A stretch of 64,000 nucleotides of DNA from Actinomycetota bacterium. Its GTDB lineage: Bacteria > Actinomycetota > Actinomycetes > Mycobacteriales > Jatrophihabitantaceae. The stretch covers positions 255 through 64,254 of the forward strand of contig JBDUCV010000003.1 of assembly GCA_040003255.1 (NCBI GenBank). Reading direction: 5' to 3'. Every line of letters begins with the position of its first letter. Positions within the stretch are counted from its first letter, which is position 1. A program made the position numbers and the translations under genes. Under the pieces are notes generated by a model. It was given only the letters and a program-made list of their open reading frames with translations. It was not told where the DNA came from and did no database searches. Positions 31,043-40,060 of this stretch are shown here, one piece after another.

Positions 31043-31095
31043 ACCCCGATCGACCCGGCAGTACCGGCCGGTCCGCTCAACGGGAAGATGGGTGG

Positions 31096-32172
31096 ATGCG
31101 GTTGCCTGTCATGCCTCCTGTTGCGCCGATGCTCGCGAAGTCGGTGCCAGAGATCCCCGACGCAGGTCACTACGAGCCGAAGTGGGACGGATTCAGGAGT
31201 CTCATTTTCCGGGACGAGGGCGAGGTTGAGATCGGCAGCCGCAACGAGCGACCGATGACGCGCTACTTCCCCGAAATCGTGGCAGCGGTAAAGGCGAACC
31301 TTCCCGCCCGGTGCGTGGTCGACGGCGAGATCGTGATCGCGACGGATGCCGGCCTGGACTTCGAAGCGCTGCAGCAGCGCATCCATCCGGCCGACTCCCG
31401 CGTGCGGCTCCTGGCGGAGCAAACTCCGGCGTCCTTCATCGCGTTCGATCTCCTGGCGATCGACGACGAGGACCTGACCACCGAACCGTTCGGCACCCGT
31501 CGGGTCCGGCTCGAGCGCGCACTCCGGTCGGCTTGCGCGCCGATCCACCTGACCCCCGCGACCGATGACCGGCAGGTGGCCCTGCGCTGGTTCGACCAGT
31601 TCGAGGGCGCCGGGCTGGATGGCATCGTGGCAAAGCCGCTCGACCTGACCTACCAGCCGGACAAGCGGGTGATGTTCAAGATCAAGCACGAACGCACGGC
31701 CGACTGTGTCGTCGCCGGCTACCGGCTGCACAAGAGTGGCCCGGACGCGATCGGCTCGCTGCTGCTCGGGCTCTACAGCGAGGACGGTGATCTGTCATCC
31801 GTCGGCGTCGTCGGATCATTCCCGATGGCGCGCCGTCGCGAACTGCTGGTCGAGCTGCAGCCGTTGGTGACGACGTTCGACGACCACCCGTGGGCCTGGG
31901 CCAAACAGGAGGCCGGCATCCGCACGCCACGCGAGGCCGAGCAGTCACGCTGGAGCGCAGGCAAGGATCTGTCGTTCACGCCGCTGCGTCCGGAGCGGGT
32001 CGTCGAGGTCCGCTACGACCACATGGAAGGTAACCGGTTCCGGCACACCACCCAGTTCGTCCGCTGGCGCCCGGACCGCGAGCCACGCTCATGCACGTAT
32101 GCGCAGCTGGAGCAGCCGATCACGTTCCGGCTCAACGACATCGTTCCGGGGCTGTCGGTGACGGGGAAATGA
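31096..32172 (+). CDS. ligC: ATP-dependent DNA ligase (LigC type, adenylation + OB domains only)
   Basis: The N-terminus LPVMPPVAPMLAKS is followed by the adenylation motif I (EPKWDGFR), then FDLL, DGIVAK and KIKHERTADC. The length is about 358 aa. Confidence 0.9.
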   Translation: MRLPVMPPVAPMLAKSVPEIPDAGHYEPKWDGFRSLIFRDEGEVEIGSRNERPMTRYFPEIVAAVKANLPARCVVDGEIVIATDAGLDFEALQQRIHPADSRVRLLAEQTPASFIAFDLLAIDDEDLTTEPFGTRRVRLERALRSACAPIHLTPATDDRQVALRWFDQFEGAGLDGIVAKPLDLTYQPDKRVMFKIKHERTADCVVAGYRLHKSGPDAIGSLLLGLYSEDGDLSSVGVVGSFPMARRRELLVELQPLVTTFDDHPWAWAKQEAGIRTPREAEQSRWSAGKDLSFTPLRPERVVEVRYDHMEGNRFRHTTQFVRWRPDREPRSCTYAQLEQPITFRLNDIVPGLSVTGK

Positions 32173-32181
32173 CCGGATCGC

Positions 32182-33199
32182 TCAGACCTCAACGACCACG
32201 GCCTCGGGCTGCGTGACATGTTGCGCGATCGGGCGAGTGAGTCGGCGTGACCCCGCAACGAACAGCGGTGCCAGGCTTGCCCCGAACAGCACCAGCGCGC
32301 ATCCGACGAACACCCGATCGATACCGAACACGTGCGCCAGCGGGCCAGCGAGCGCATTGCCCACGGGCATCCCGACGAACGAGGTGAGCGTGTCCCAGGA
32401 CGCCACCCGGGCTAAAACATGATGCGGCACCTGGTCTTGGATCGCCGTCTCCCAGGCGACGAAGAAGAACGACAGCCCGGCGTAGCCGAGTACGGCGCCG
32501 ATCACGACGGCACTCAGCACGGCCGGCCAGACATAGGCAAGCACCCACAACGGCATGAGCAACAGCCTCAGCCAGCCTGCGCGCAGCAGCCGAACCGGTC
32601 TGTAACGCATCGCGATGGCAGCACCGACGACGCCGCCAAGTCCTTCGGCGGCTGCGATCAGGCCGGCCGCGCTCGCGCCACCCAGGTCGCGGATCGCCAC
32701 CACCTGGATCAGCACCAGCACGACGCCGTTGGCTACGTGATACACCGTTGCCGCAAGCACGCCAGCGAGCAGCCAGTCCCGTCGGCGGATCTCCGCCCAC
32801 CCCTCGCCCATCTCGTGCAGCATCGCCCGGTGCGGCGCCCGCTCGACCCGCGCGCGGACGAACCGCACGGTCGCCACCGAGGCCAGGAAGCTCACGGCGT
32901 TCACCAAGAAGCCAGTAGTGGCGCCGAACGCCGCGACAACGACACCGCCGGCCGCAGGTCCGATGACCGAGCACGAGGTCTGCAACAGTCCCAGCATCGC
33001 GTTGGCGGACTGCCGCCGATCAACCGTGACGACCATCGGCTTCAGCGCGGTCATCGCCGGGGAGAAGAACGAGCCAGCGCCCGCAAAGATCGCGCAAGGG
33101 CACACAGCAGTGGTAGCCAGCGGTGGTCGGTGCCGAACATGACGGCCATCCCGCTGACGGCCGCGAACCGAACGAGGTCAGACAGCACCATCACCAGCT
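32182..33199 (-). pseudogene. MFS transporter (EntS/MFS_3-like), 5'-truncated and frameshifted
   Basis: The 307-aa ORF starts inside TM4 (AIFAGAGSFFSPAMTAL). The preceding helix (MVLSDLVRFAAVSGMAVMFGTDHRWLPLLCAL) lies in a different frame at 33104-33199. There is no room for the first 2-3 TM helices before marR. Confidence 0.6.
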
Positions 33200-33253
33200 G
33201 GCTGGAAGGACAACGCCAGCTTCGAGCCCGAGGTTGAGGGTGCGATCACCCGG

Positions 33254-33655
33254 ATGCAGAGCATCCTGAAACGGCTCAAGCGGGTTGATGCCGCGGCCTT
33301 CGCCGGCTCGGAGCTTACCCTCGAGGACTACTGGACGCTGCACGAGCTGATGGTGCAGCCCTACCCCACTAAGGCCACCCCGGCGCAGCTGGCCGAGGCC
33401 AGCAACGTCACCCGGGCCGCGATGACTAGCCGGCTGGACCGGCTCGTCTCCGCCCGCCTGATTACCCGCGAGGTCGACCCGCTCGACCGCCGGCGCGTTC
33501 TCGTCCGTCCGACCGCTGCTGGCCGCCGGGCCTGGGACAGCTACGTGCACCAGGGGATGTCACGCGAGCAGCACCTGCTGCACGCGCTTAGCCCGCGCGA
33601 GCTGGCGCAGCTCAATGCCGTGCTGCGCAGGGTGATCCTGTCGTTCGACGACTGA
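33254..33655 (+). CDS. MarR-family transcriptional regulator
   Basis: The wHTH core is ATPAQLAEASNVTRAAMTSRLDRLVSARLITREVDPLDRRRVLVRPTAAGR. The protein is 133 aa from the first ATG. The family-like in-frame sequence upstream has no start codon. Confidence 0.8.
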   Translation: MQSILKRLKRVDAAAFAGSELTLEDYWTLHELMVQPYPTKATPAQLAEASNVTRAAMTSRLDRLVSARLITREVDPLDRRRVLVRPTAAGRRAWDSYVHQGMSREQHLLHALSPRELAQLNAVLRRVILSFDD

Positions 33656-33661
33656 GGCACG

Positions 33662-34441
33662 TCATTGCTCTTGGAAGGGCGGGGCAAGCCCGGAGCGAGC
33701 CACCGCGTACCGGCAGAACAGCGCGTCCTCCTCGGTGAACAGCCCGACGAGGCGCAGGCCCGCCGGGTCGCTGGCGGACGGCATGCCTGCGGTGATCCGC
33801 GGCGAACCGGGACCGACGAGCAGCGGGGTTACTGACAGGCACAGCTCATCGACCGAGTTCGCGGCGAGCAAATTCGCAAACAGGGTGGGGCCACCCTCGC
33901 ACAGGATCCGGTTCAGTCCGCGTTCGACCAAAGCGGCGCGAGCGATGCCAAGGTCTACCTCATCCTCACCGCAGTCGACGACATCCGCACGTGCGGCCAG
34001 CGCGGCGCGAACACGCGGGTCGCTGGAGGTACAGGTCAGCACGATCGTCCGCGCGCCGCGCTCCGTGTCGGTGAACAGATCGGCGCCCGGGTCAAGACGC
34101 AGCGACCGGCTGACGATCGCCGTCGGCAACGTCGGCCCGAAGCCGTAGCGGTGTCTGATCTGCTGACGACGCAGACTGAGGTGGATCCCCGCGTATCCCT
34201 CGGCACGCGCGGTGCCGGCCCCGACCAGAACTACGTCGGCCAGGTCACGAAGCGCAGCGAAGATCCGATTGTCACCGGCGGTCTGCAAACCACGCGACAA
34301 CCCAGTTACCGACACCGCGCCGTCGACGCTGCTGACGAAGTTAACGCGCAGCGCCGAGCGGTCGAGCCAGTCCGCGGCGTAGACGTCGTGGACGTCGACG
34401 TCGTCCGCCGGAGTCGGAAGCAGTGCGCGCACAGCGTCCAT
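33662..34441 (-). CDS. RibD C-terminal domain (pyrimidine reductase / dihydrofolate reductase family) protein
   Basis: RVNFVSSVDGAVS...GDNRIFAALRDLADVVLVGAGT...ILCEGGPTLFANLL...DELCLSVTPLLVG matches the family. I chose the ATG at 34441. Confidence 0.8.
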   Translation of the reverse strand: MDAVRALLPTPADDVDVHDVYAADWLDRSALRVNFVSSVDGAVSVTGLSRGLQTAGDNRIFAALRDLADVVLVGAGTARAEGYAGIHLSLRRQQIRHRYGFGPTLPTAIVSRSLRLDPGADLFTDTERGARTIVLTCTSSDPRVRAALAARADVVDCGEDEVDLGIARAALVERGLNRILCEGGPTLFANLLAANSVDELCLSVTPLLVGPGSPRITAGMPSASDPAGLRLVGLFTEEDALFCRYAVARSGLAPPFQEQ

Positions 34442-34470
34442 CTCAGCACGCGCACGTAGGCTGGCGCGTC

Positions 34471-35489
34471 GTGCAGGGTCTGGTCGACCGATCGCCCGTC
34501 GTGTCGGGCGCGGAACTCGTGGCGGGTCTCGTCCCTCCGCCCCTGTTCGCCAGGGTGCGGTTCTCGACCTACGAACCGGACCCGGCACAAGCATCGCAGG
34601 CTGCGGCGCTGCAGGCGGTGCGCGAGTTCGCAGCGTCCGTGGCCACGCCGGTGCCCCGCCGGCTCAGGTTGCGCCATCGCCCGCTCAAGGATCGCCCGGC
34701 TGGGATCTATCTGGACGGCGGCTTCGGCGTAGGAAAGACGCATCTGCTGGCCTCGCTTTGGCACGCGGTCGAGGGGCCGAAGGCGTACGTGACCTTCGCC
34801 GAGCTCACCCAGCTGGCGGGAGTGCTCGGCTTCGCGGCTCTGGTCGACTCGCTCAACGGCATGCGGCTGCTCGCGATCGACGAGTTCGAACTTGACGACC
34901 CAGGTGACACGGTGCTCGTGTCGACCCTCCTGACGCGGCTGTCCGACCGAGGCGTGCGGCTCGCCGCGACGTCCAACACCTTGCCGGATCGGTTGGGGGA
35001 GAACCGATTCTCCACCGAGGATTCCGGCGCGAGATCCAGGCACTGACGGACCGGTTCGCCTCGGTACGGGTGGACGGGCCGGATTACCGGCACCGCGGCT
35101 TCTCCGACCCGCCGCGGCCGCTGGCCAGCGATGAGGTTCGCCGACGAGCCACCGCGACACCGGGATCGACGATCGACGACTTCAGCGGGCTGATCGATCA
35201 TCTGGCAACGCTGCACCCCGCGCGTTACGGCGCTCTCGTCGACGGCGTGACGGCCGTTCACCTGGTCGACGTCACGCCGGCCCCCGACCAGAACATCGCG
35301 CTACGGCTGGTGGTTCTCGCCGACCGGCTCTACGACCGGGAGATCCCCGTCGTCAGCTCGGGGGTCTCGCTCGATGCGCTGTTCGGTGAGGACATGCTTG
35401 CGGGTGGGTATCGCAAGAAGTACCGGCGCGCGATCAGCCGGCTCATCGCACTTAGTCGCAAGGGGGCCGGGGTTGCCGCGGATCGGTAG
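34471..35489 (+). pseudogene. zapE: Cell division protein ZapE (AFG1-like ATPase), interrupted by a 1-nt frameshift
   Basis: Walker A is GGFGVGKTHL and Walker B is LLAIDEFELDD. The frame breaks after ...NRFSTED at about 35022, and the protein continues in the -1 frame as FRREIQALTDRFASVRVDGPDYRHRG... to 35489. Confidence 0.75.
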
Positions 35490-35511
35490 GCGACTGCTCG
35501 GCCGGGTACCG

Positions 35512-36183
35512 ATGCCGCACTCGGTCGATGCCGCACTCGACGAGGCGCTCGATCGCGCACTTTCGATCCAGCGCCGCGCCGTCACCGCCTACGTCGACCG
35601 GCAACGGATCCGTCATCCACATGCGAGTCCGGCCGACGTCATCGACCTGCTCGAACGCCGCTACCGGGCAGCCGTGGTCTCCATCGGTGCCGCGTCGGGA
35701 GGTGCCGCCGCGGTGCCTGGCGTCGGCACGGCTGCCTCGCTTGCGACGGGTGTCGTCGAGATCTCGGCCTTCGTTGAATCAACGGCGCTGTTCACGCTGG
35801 CTGTTGCCGAGGTGCACGGGATGCAGATCAGCGATCAGGAAACCCGCCGGGCCCTCGTGCTCACCGTTCTGCTCGGGCAGAGCGGGATAGCAGCAGTCGA
35901 ATCCGCGACCGGTACGAGCTCCGGGCACTGGACGCACGCGCTTCGACGTGGGGTTTCCCGCGAGACAATCGGCCGCGCGAACCATGTGCTCGGCCGCCAC
36001 CTCGTCACCCGATTCGGCGCCCAGCAGGGTGCCCTGCTCTTCGGCCGGGCGTTGCCGCTGGGAGTTGGCGCCGGGATCGGCGCATTCGGCAACCTGGCCC
36101 TGGCCCGCTCGGTCATCTCCACCGCGCGCCGGACATTCGGCCCCCCGCCCGAGAAGATGCCGCAGCGGGTCATCGACGCCTGA
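35512..36183 (+). CDS. Conserved hypothetical protein with Gly/Ala-rich hydrophobic segments
   Basis: The ORF has coding-like composition and an ATG at 35512. I recognise no family with confidence. Confidence 0.5.
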   Translation: MPHSVDAALDEALDRALSIQRRAVTAYVDRQRIRHPHASPADVIDLLERRYRAAVVSIGAASGGAAAVPGVGTAASLATGVVEISAFVESTALFTLAVAEVHGMQISDQETRRALVLTVLLGQSGIAAVESATGTSSGHWTHALRRGVSRETIGRANHVLGRHLVTRFGAQQGALLFGRALPLGVGAGIGAFGNLALARSVISTARRTFGPPPEKMPQRVIDA

Positions 36184-36202
36184 ACGACCGTCCTTCGCCG
36201 CG

Positions 36203-37960
36203 CTATTCGCGGTCCGCGCTTGCTGCTCTGACGATCGCCGCCGACTGGGCAGCGAGCTCGACGCCGGCCAAGCTAGGACGCGCATCCGCGGTCGCGAAGA
36301 TCACCTCGCCGTAGGCACCGGGCACCGTCTGTGGCGCGTCCGCGAGGTTGGCGAGCACCCGTAGAGCGCCGCGGTACAGGATGAGCCAGCGGGCGTCCTC
36401 GTCGAAGTCGACCTGCACCTGGTCCAGACGCGGATCGCGCAGGTCGTACTCGGCGTGCCGCAGCGCGATCAGGGACCGATACATCGCGAGCATCTCGGCA
36501 TGATCGGTGCCGGCCAGCTCTGACCAGTCGAGCACGGCCGACTGGTAGGCGACCGAATCCTGTGGATCGGTCATCGCCGTCATGTCCCACCCGTGCGTCG
36601 CGAACTCCTCGATCCGGCCGCGTCCGGTGGCGGCGGCGAGTTCAGGTTCGGGGTGCGAGGTGAAGAACGGCCAGCGGGTGGACGCCGCCCATTCCTCACC
36701 CATCCATAGCATCGGCGTGAACGGCGAGGTCAGCAGCAGTACCGCACCGACCCGCAGCAGGTCCGGCGAGGTGACCTCCGACAACCGGTCACCAACGGCG
36801 CGGTTACCGACCTGGTCGTGGTTCTGCAGGCTGGCGATGAAGCGATAGCCCGGGGTACGTGCCCGATCGACGGGGCGGCCATGCTCGCGGCCGCGGAACG
36901 TCGAATACGTCCCGTCATGCAGGAATGCCGACGTCATCACCTTCGCCAGCGTCGCCAGCGAACCGAAGTCGTTGTAATACCCCTGCCGTTCGCCGGTGAG
37001 CAGCCCGTGCAGTGCGTGGTGCACGTCGTCGTCCCATTGCGCGTCGAGGCCATAACCGCCGTCGGACCGGGGGGTGATCAGGATGGGGTTGTTGAGGTCC
37101 GACTCAGCGATCAGCGTTAATGGCCGGCCGACCTGCGTTGACAGTTGCGCTACTTGGTCGGCCATCTCGGCAAGTAGATGCGGCGTCGAGGAGTCGAGGA
37201 GCGCGTGCACGGCATCTAGCCGCAACGCGTCGACATGAAAGTCGCGCAACCACATCGCGACGTTGTCCAACACGAAGCGCCGAACGTGCGGCTGCTCGAG
37301 GTTGACCAGCTCGCCCCAGGTGCTGCGTCCGGTCTTCAGATACGGGCCGAACAGAGGCAGGTAGTTGCCGCTCGGTCCGAGGTGGTTGTAGACGACGTCG
37401 AGGACGGCGGCAAGGCCACGGGCGTGACACCCGTCCACGAATCGCTTGAACCCGTCTGGGCCGCCGTACGGTTCGTGCACCGCATACCAGCCCACCCCGT
37501 CGTAGCCCCAATTCCACACGCCGTTCACCGCGTTGACCGGTAACGGTTCGACGTGGGTGACGCCCAGCTCCACGAGGTGGTCGAGCCGCTCCACCGCCGA
37601 GTCAAAGGTGCCGCCCGGCGTGAACGTGCCGATATGCAGCTCGTAGATGACGGCATCGGGCAGCGGACGCCCACGCCAGCCGGTGTCGGTCCAGAGGTAT
37701 GCCGAGTCGTCGTACACCCGGCTCGGGCCATGCACTCCCGACGGCTGCCACCGCGACCGCGGATCGGGAAGCGGCTCGTCGGAACCGTCGAGCAGGTAGC
37801 CGTAATCCGTCCCGGCCGGGGCGTCGACGTTCGCCCGCCACCAACCGTCCGGTCTAGCCGTCATCGGCCGCGCCTCGCCAGCTAGCCAGAGATGCACGGT
37901 CGACGCGCGAGGCGCCCAGACGGCGAAATCGCTCACGCTGTCCACCTTGCCATCGACCAC
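36203..37960 (-). CDS. treZ: Malto-oligosyltrehalose trehalohydrolase
   Basis: The N-terminus FAVWAP...V.LWL is followed by a GH13 catalytic core (DVVYNHLGP, DALRLDAVH, IAESDLN, QNHDQVGNR). The alternative start is GTG 37936. Confidence 0.9.
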   Translation of the reverse strand: MVDGKVDSVSDFAVWAPRASTVHLWLAGEARPMTARPDGWWRANVDAPAGTDYGYLLDGSDEPLPDPRSRWQPSGVHGPSRVYDDSAYLWTDTGWRGRPLPDAVIYELHIGTFTPGGTFDSAVERLDHLVELGVTHVEPLPVNAVNGVWNWGYDGVGWYAVHEPYGGPDGFKRFVDGCHARGLAAVLDVVYNHLGPSGNYLPLFGPYLKTGRSTWGELVNLEQPHVRRFVLDNVAMWLRDFHVDALRLDAVHALLDSSTPHLLAEMADQVAQLSTQVGRPLTLIAESDLNNPILITPRSDGGYGLDAQWDDDVHHALHGLLTGERQGYYNDFGSLATLAKVMTSAFLHDGTYSTFRGREHGRPVDRARTPGYRFIASLQNHDQVGNRAVGDRLSEVTSPDLLRVGAVLLLTSPFTPMLWMGEEWAASTRWPFFTSHPEPELAAATGRGRIEEFATHGWDMTAMTDPQDSVAYQSAVLDWSELAGTDHAEMLAMYRSLIALRHAEYDLRDPRLDQVQVDFDEDARWLILYRGALRVLANLADAPQTVPGAYGEVIFATADARPSLAGVELAAQSAAIVRAASADRE

Positions 37961-37973
37961 CTAGGCTGCCGCC

Positions 37974-38825
37974 ATGGCTTCTGAGTCCGCATCCGTCCGC
38001 GACGCGTTGCGGGTCGCTCCTGGCACGGTGAATCTGGCCGGCTACGACACCGCGTCCACTCCGCTCGCACCGGGCAAGAAGGCCAAGACCGAGCAGGACG
38101 CCGACGACAACAAGCCACTGCTCGCCGAGCTACAGGAGCGGCTGCACGCCGAGGCCAGCGCGGGAGGTCAGCGCAGCGTGCTACTCGTGCTGCAAGGCAT
38201 CGACACTGCAGGCAAGGGGGGTGTGGTCGACCACGTCGTGAGCGCCTTCGGACCGGCGGGTGTGCGGTACACCGCGTTCAAGAAACCCACCCCGGAGGAG
38301 CAGGCACACCACTTCCTGTGGCGCATTCGCAAGGCACTGCCATCGCCCGGCGCCATCGGGGTATTCGACCGTTCGCACTACGAGGACGTGCTGGTTCCAC
38401 GCGTGCACGAAACGATTCCCGAAGCCGATTGGCAACGGCGCTACGTCGAGATCAACGACTTCGAGACCGAACTAGCCGCCTCCGGCACCACCGTGATGAA
38501 GTGCTACTTGCACATCTCCTACGCCATGCAGCGCGAGCGGTTGCTGGCCAGGCTCGACGATCCGACCAAGCACTGGAAGTTTCGCGAAACCGATATCGAC
38601 GAACGCGCCTTCTGGTCGGACTATCAGGCGGCCTACACCGCCATGCTGCAGCACTGCTCATCGCCGGCCGCGCCGTGGTACATCGTTCCTAGCGATCACA
38701 AGTGGTACCGCAACTGGGCGATCGGTCGACTCATGACCGAGACGCTGCAAGAGCTCGGTCCGCGCTACCCCGAAGGGGACCTCGATCTGGACCGGTTGCG
38801 CCGCCGGCTCCAACCTCCCTACTGA
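37974..38825 (+). CDS. Polyphosphate kinase 2 family protein
   Basis: The Walker A-like QGIDTAGKGG, then FDRSHYEDVLV, and a PPK2 lid region are present. Confidence 0.9.
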   Translation: MASESASVRDALRVAPGTVNLAGYDTASTPLAPGKKAKTEQDADDNKPLLAELQERLHAEASAGGQRSVLLVLQGIDTAGKGGVVDHVVSAFGPAGVRYTAFKKPTPEEQAHHFLWRIRKALPSPGAIGVFDRSHYEDVLVPRVHETIPEADWQRRYVEINDFETELAASGTTVMKCYLHISYAMQRERLLARLDDPTKHWKFRETDIDERAFWSDYQAAYTAMLQHCSSPAAPWYIVPSDHKWYRNWAIGRLMTETLQELGPRYPEGDLDLDRLRRRLQPPY

Positions 38826-38849
38826 GGGCGGGGACCGGCGGCGCCTTCC

Positions 38850-39455
38850 TCAGATTCGTGGGATAGCGGTGCGGGCGACCGGCGTGAGCTGGGCCAATGT
38901 GGCTTCGGCGGTCAGGCTCACGATGGAGACGCTGAAATGGGATCCGTGGTAGTAGACGTTCAACATTCCGTGCAGATACCAGGCGCTATCGCCGAGCCCA
39001 GGAACGGCTTGGTCGCCGAAGCTGCGGTAATTGGTGTCGAATAGGCTTTGGCTGAGCTGACTGTGCGGAAAGAAGCTGATGACGAGCGCTTGCCCGGCGC
39101 TGGTGCCGTTGGCGAAGTCGGTGCTCTCGTAGGTGCAACCGGCGCCTTCCTGCCTCGTCGGTCCGAGCGCCTTGGTTTTCGCCGGCCGAACGGGCTTGCC
39201 GAGGATAGCCTGCGCCTCGGCCGAGGTGACGAGCTTGCAGGCGTCGACCGGGCCGCTCGCTGCGGTCGTCGCATCGGCTGAGGTCGAATCGCTCGCGACG
39301 CTGCTCGCACTTGCCGAACTACTCGTCCCACCCGCGCCGGTCGGTCCTACAGCTGATTTGCCACCTGCTGTGCTGCCGCCGCAGCCCACGAGCGTGACGA
39401 GCAGGAAAGCGGTCGCCATGGCCAGTGGCGGGCGAACGCTGGTTCGTATGGTCAT
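38850..39455 (-). CDS. Lipoprotein with a conserved Cys pair (DUF3558-like)
   Basis: The lipobox is LVGC. A Ser/Ala/Thr-rich linker is followed by DACKLVTSAEAQAILGKP and a second Cys in GCTYES. It is a paralog of the upstream gene, and its ATG overlaps that gene's stop. Confidence 0.65.
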   Translation of the reverse strand: MTIRTSVRPPLAMATAFLLVTLVGCGGSTAGGKSAVGPTGAGGTSSSASASSVASDSTSADATTAASGPVDACKLVTSAEAQAILGKPVRPAKTKALGPTRQEGAGCTYESTDFANGTSAGQALVISFFPHSQLSQSLFDTNYRSFGDQAVPGLGDSAWYLHGMLNVYYHGSHFSVSIVSLTAEATLAQLTPVARTAIPRI

Positions 39456-40060
39456 CGGAGATCACCGGCCCGGTCGGTCACTTTGTGCGCAAGTCCGGTC
39501 AACACCGCGACGTCCGGGCTGGACCCGTCGTCCCTCACGACCTGGATAGTCAATGCGATCCCCTGATCGAACCAGGTGAGCAGACCGGGGGCATAGAGGG
39601 CTACCTCGCCCAGGCCGGATACTGGCTTCGTCTCGATCTTGCCGGGGCCAGTGGTGACCTGGTCAAACTGAGACCTGGTCATCTTGCCCAAGTAGATCGC
39701 TTGGACGAGGGACTTTCGACTGGTCTGCGGATTGAAGGTGGCGCTGAGATATTTGCAGCCACCAGCGAGATGACCCGGCACCGACTGCCCAGATGTGGAG
39801 ACGCCAGCCGCCAGGGGTTTGCCGACGGCGTCCTGTGCCTCGGCCTGGGTGATCAGTCGGCAGAAATCGAACGGGCCGCTGCCGCCGGTTGCGGTGGCCG
39901 CTGCGGTTGTGGCACTGCCTGCTGCGCTGGACGCGGAGCTTCCTTGCCCGGCAGGTATGGTGCTCTTCGAGGCCGACTTCGACCCGCCGCCGCACGCGGT
40001 CAGGACGAGCGCAAGCGCAGCCACCCCCCAGGGCGCAAGCCGTCTTCCTCGCGCGCTCAT
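39452..40060 (-). CDS. Lipoprotein with a conserved Cys pair (DUF3558-like), paralog
   Basis: The lipobox is LTAC, followed by FDFCRLITQAEAQDAVGKP and GCKYLS. The ATG at 40060 overlaps the SARP stop (ATGA). Confidence 0.65.
   Translation of the reverse strand: MSARGRRLAPWGVAALALVLTACGGGSKSASKSTIPAGQGSSASSAAGSATTAAATATGGSGPFDFCRLITQAEAQDAVGKPLAAGVSTSGQSVPGHLAGGCKYLSATFNPQTSRKSLVQAIYLGKMTRSQFDQVTTGPGKIETKPVSGLGEVALYAPGLLTWFDQGIALTIQVVRDDGSSPDVAVLTGLAHKVTDRAGDLR

Noticed and set aside
34860-34880. GAGTTCGAACTT palindrome
   Set aside because: It lies inside the zapE Walker B coding segment (DEFELDD) and is explained by the codons, so it is not a regulatory site.
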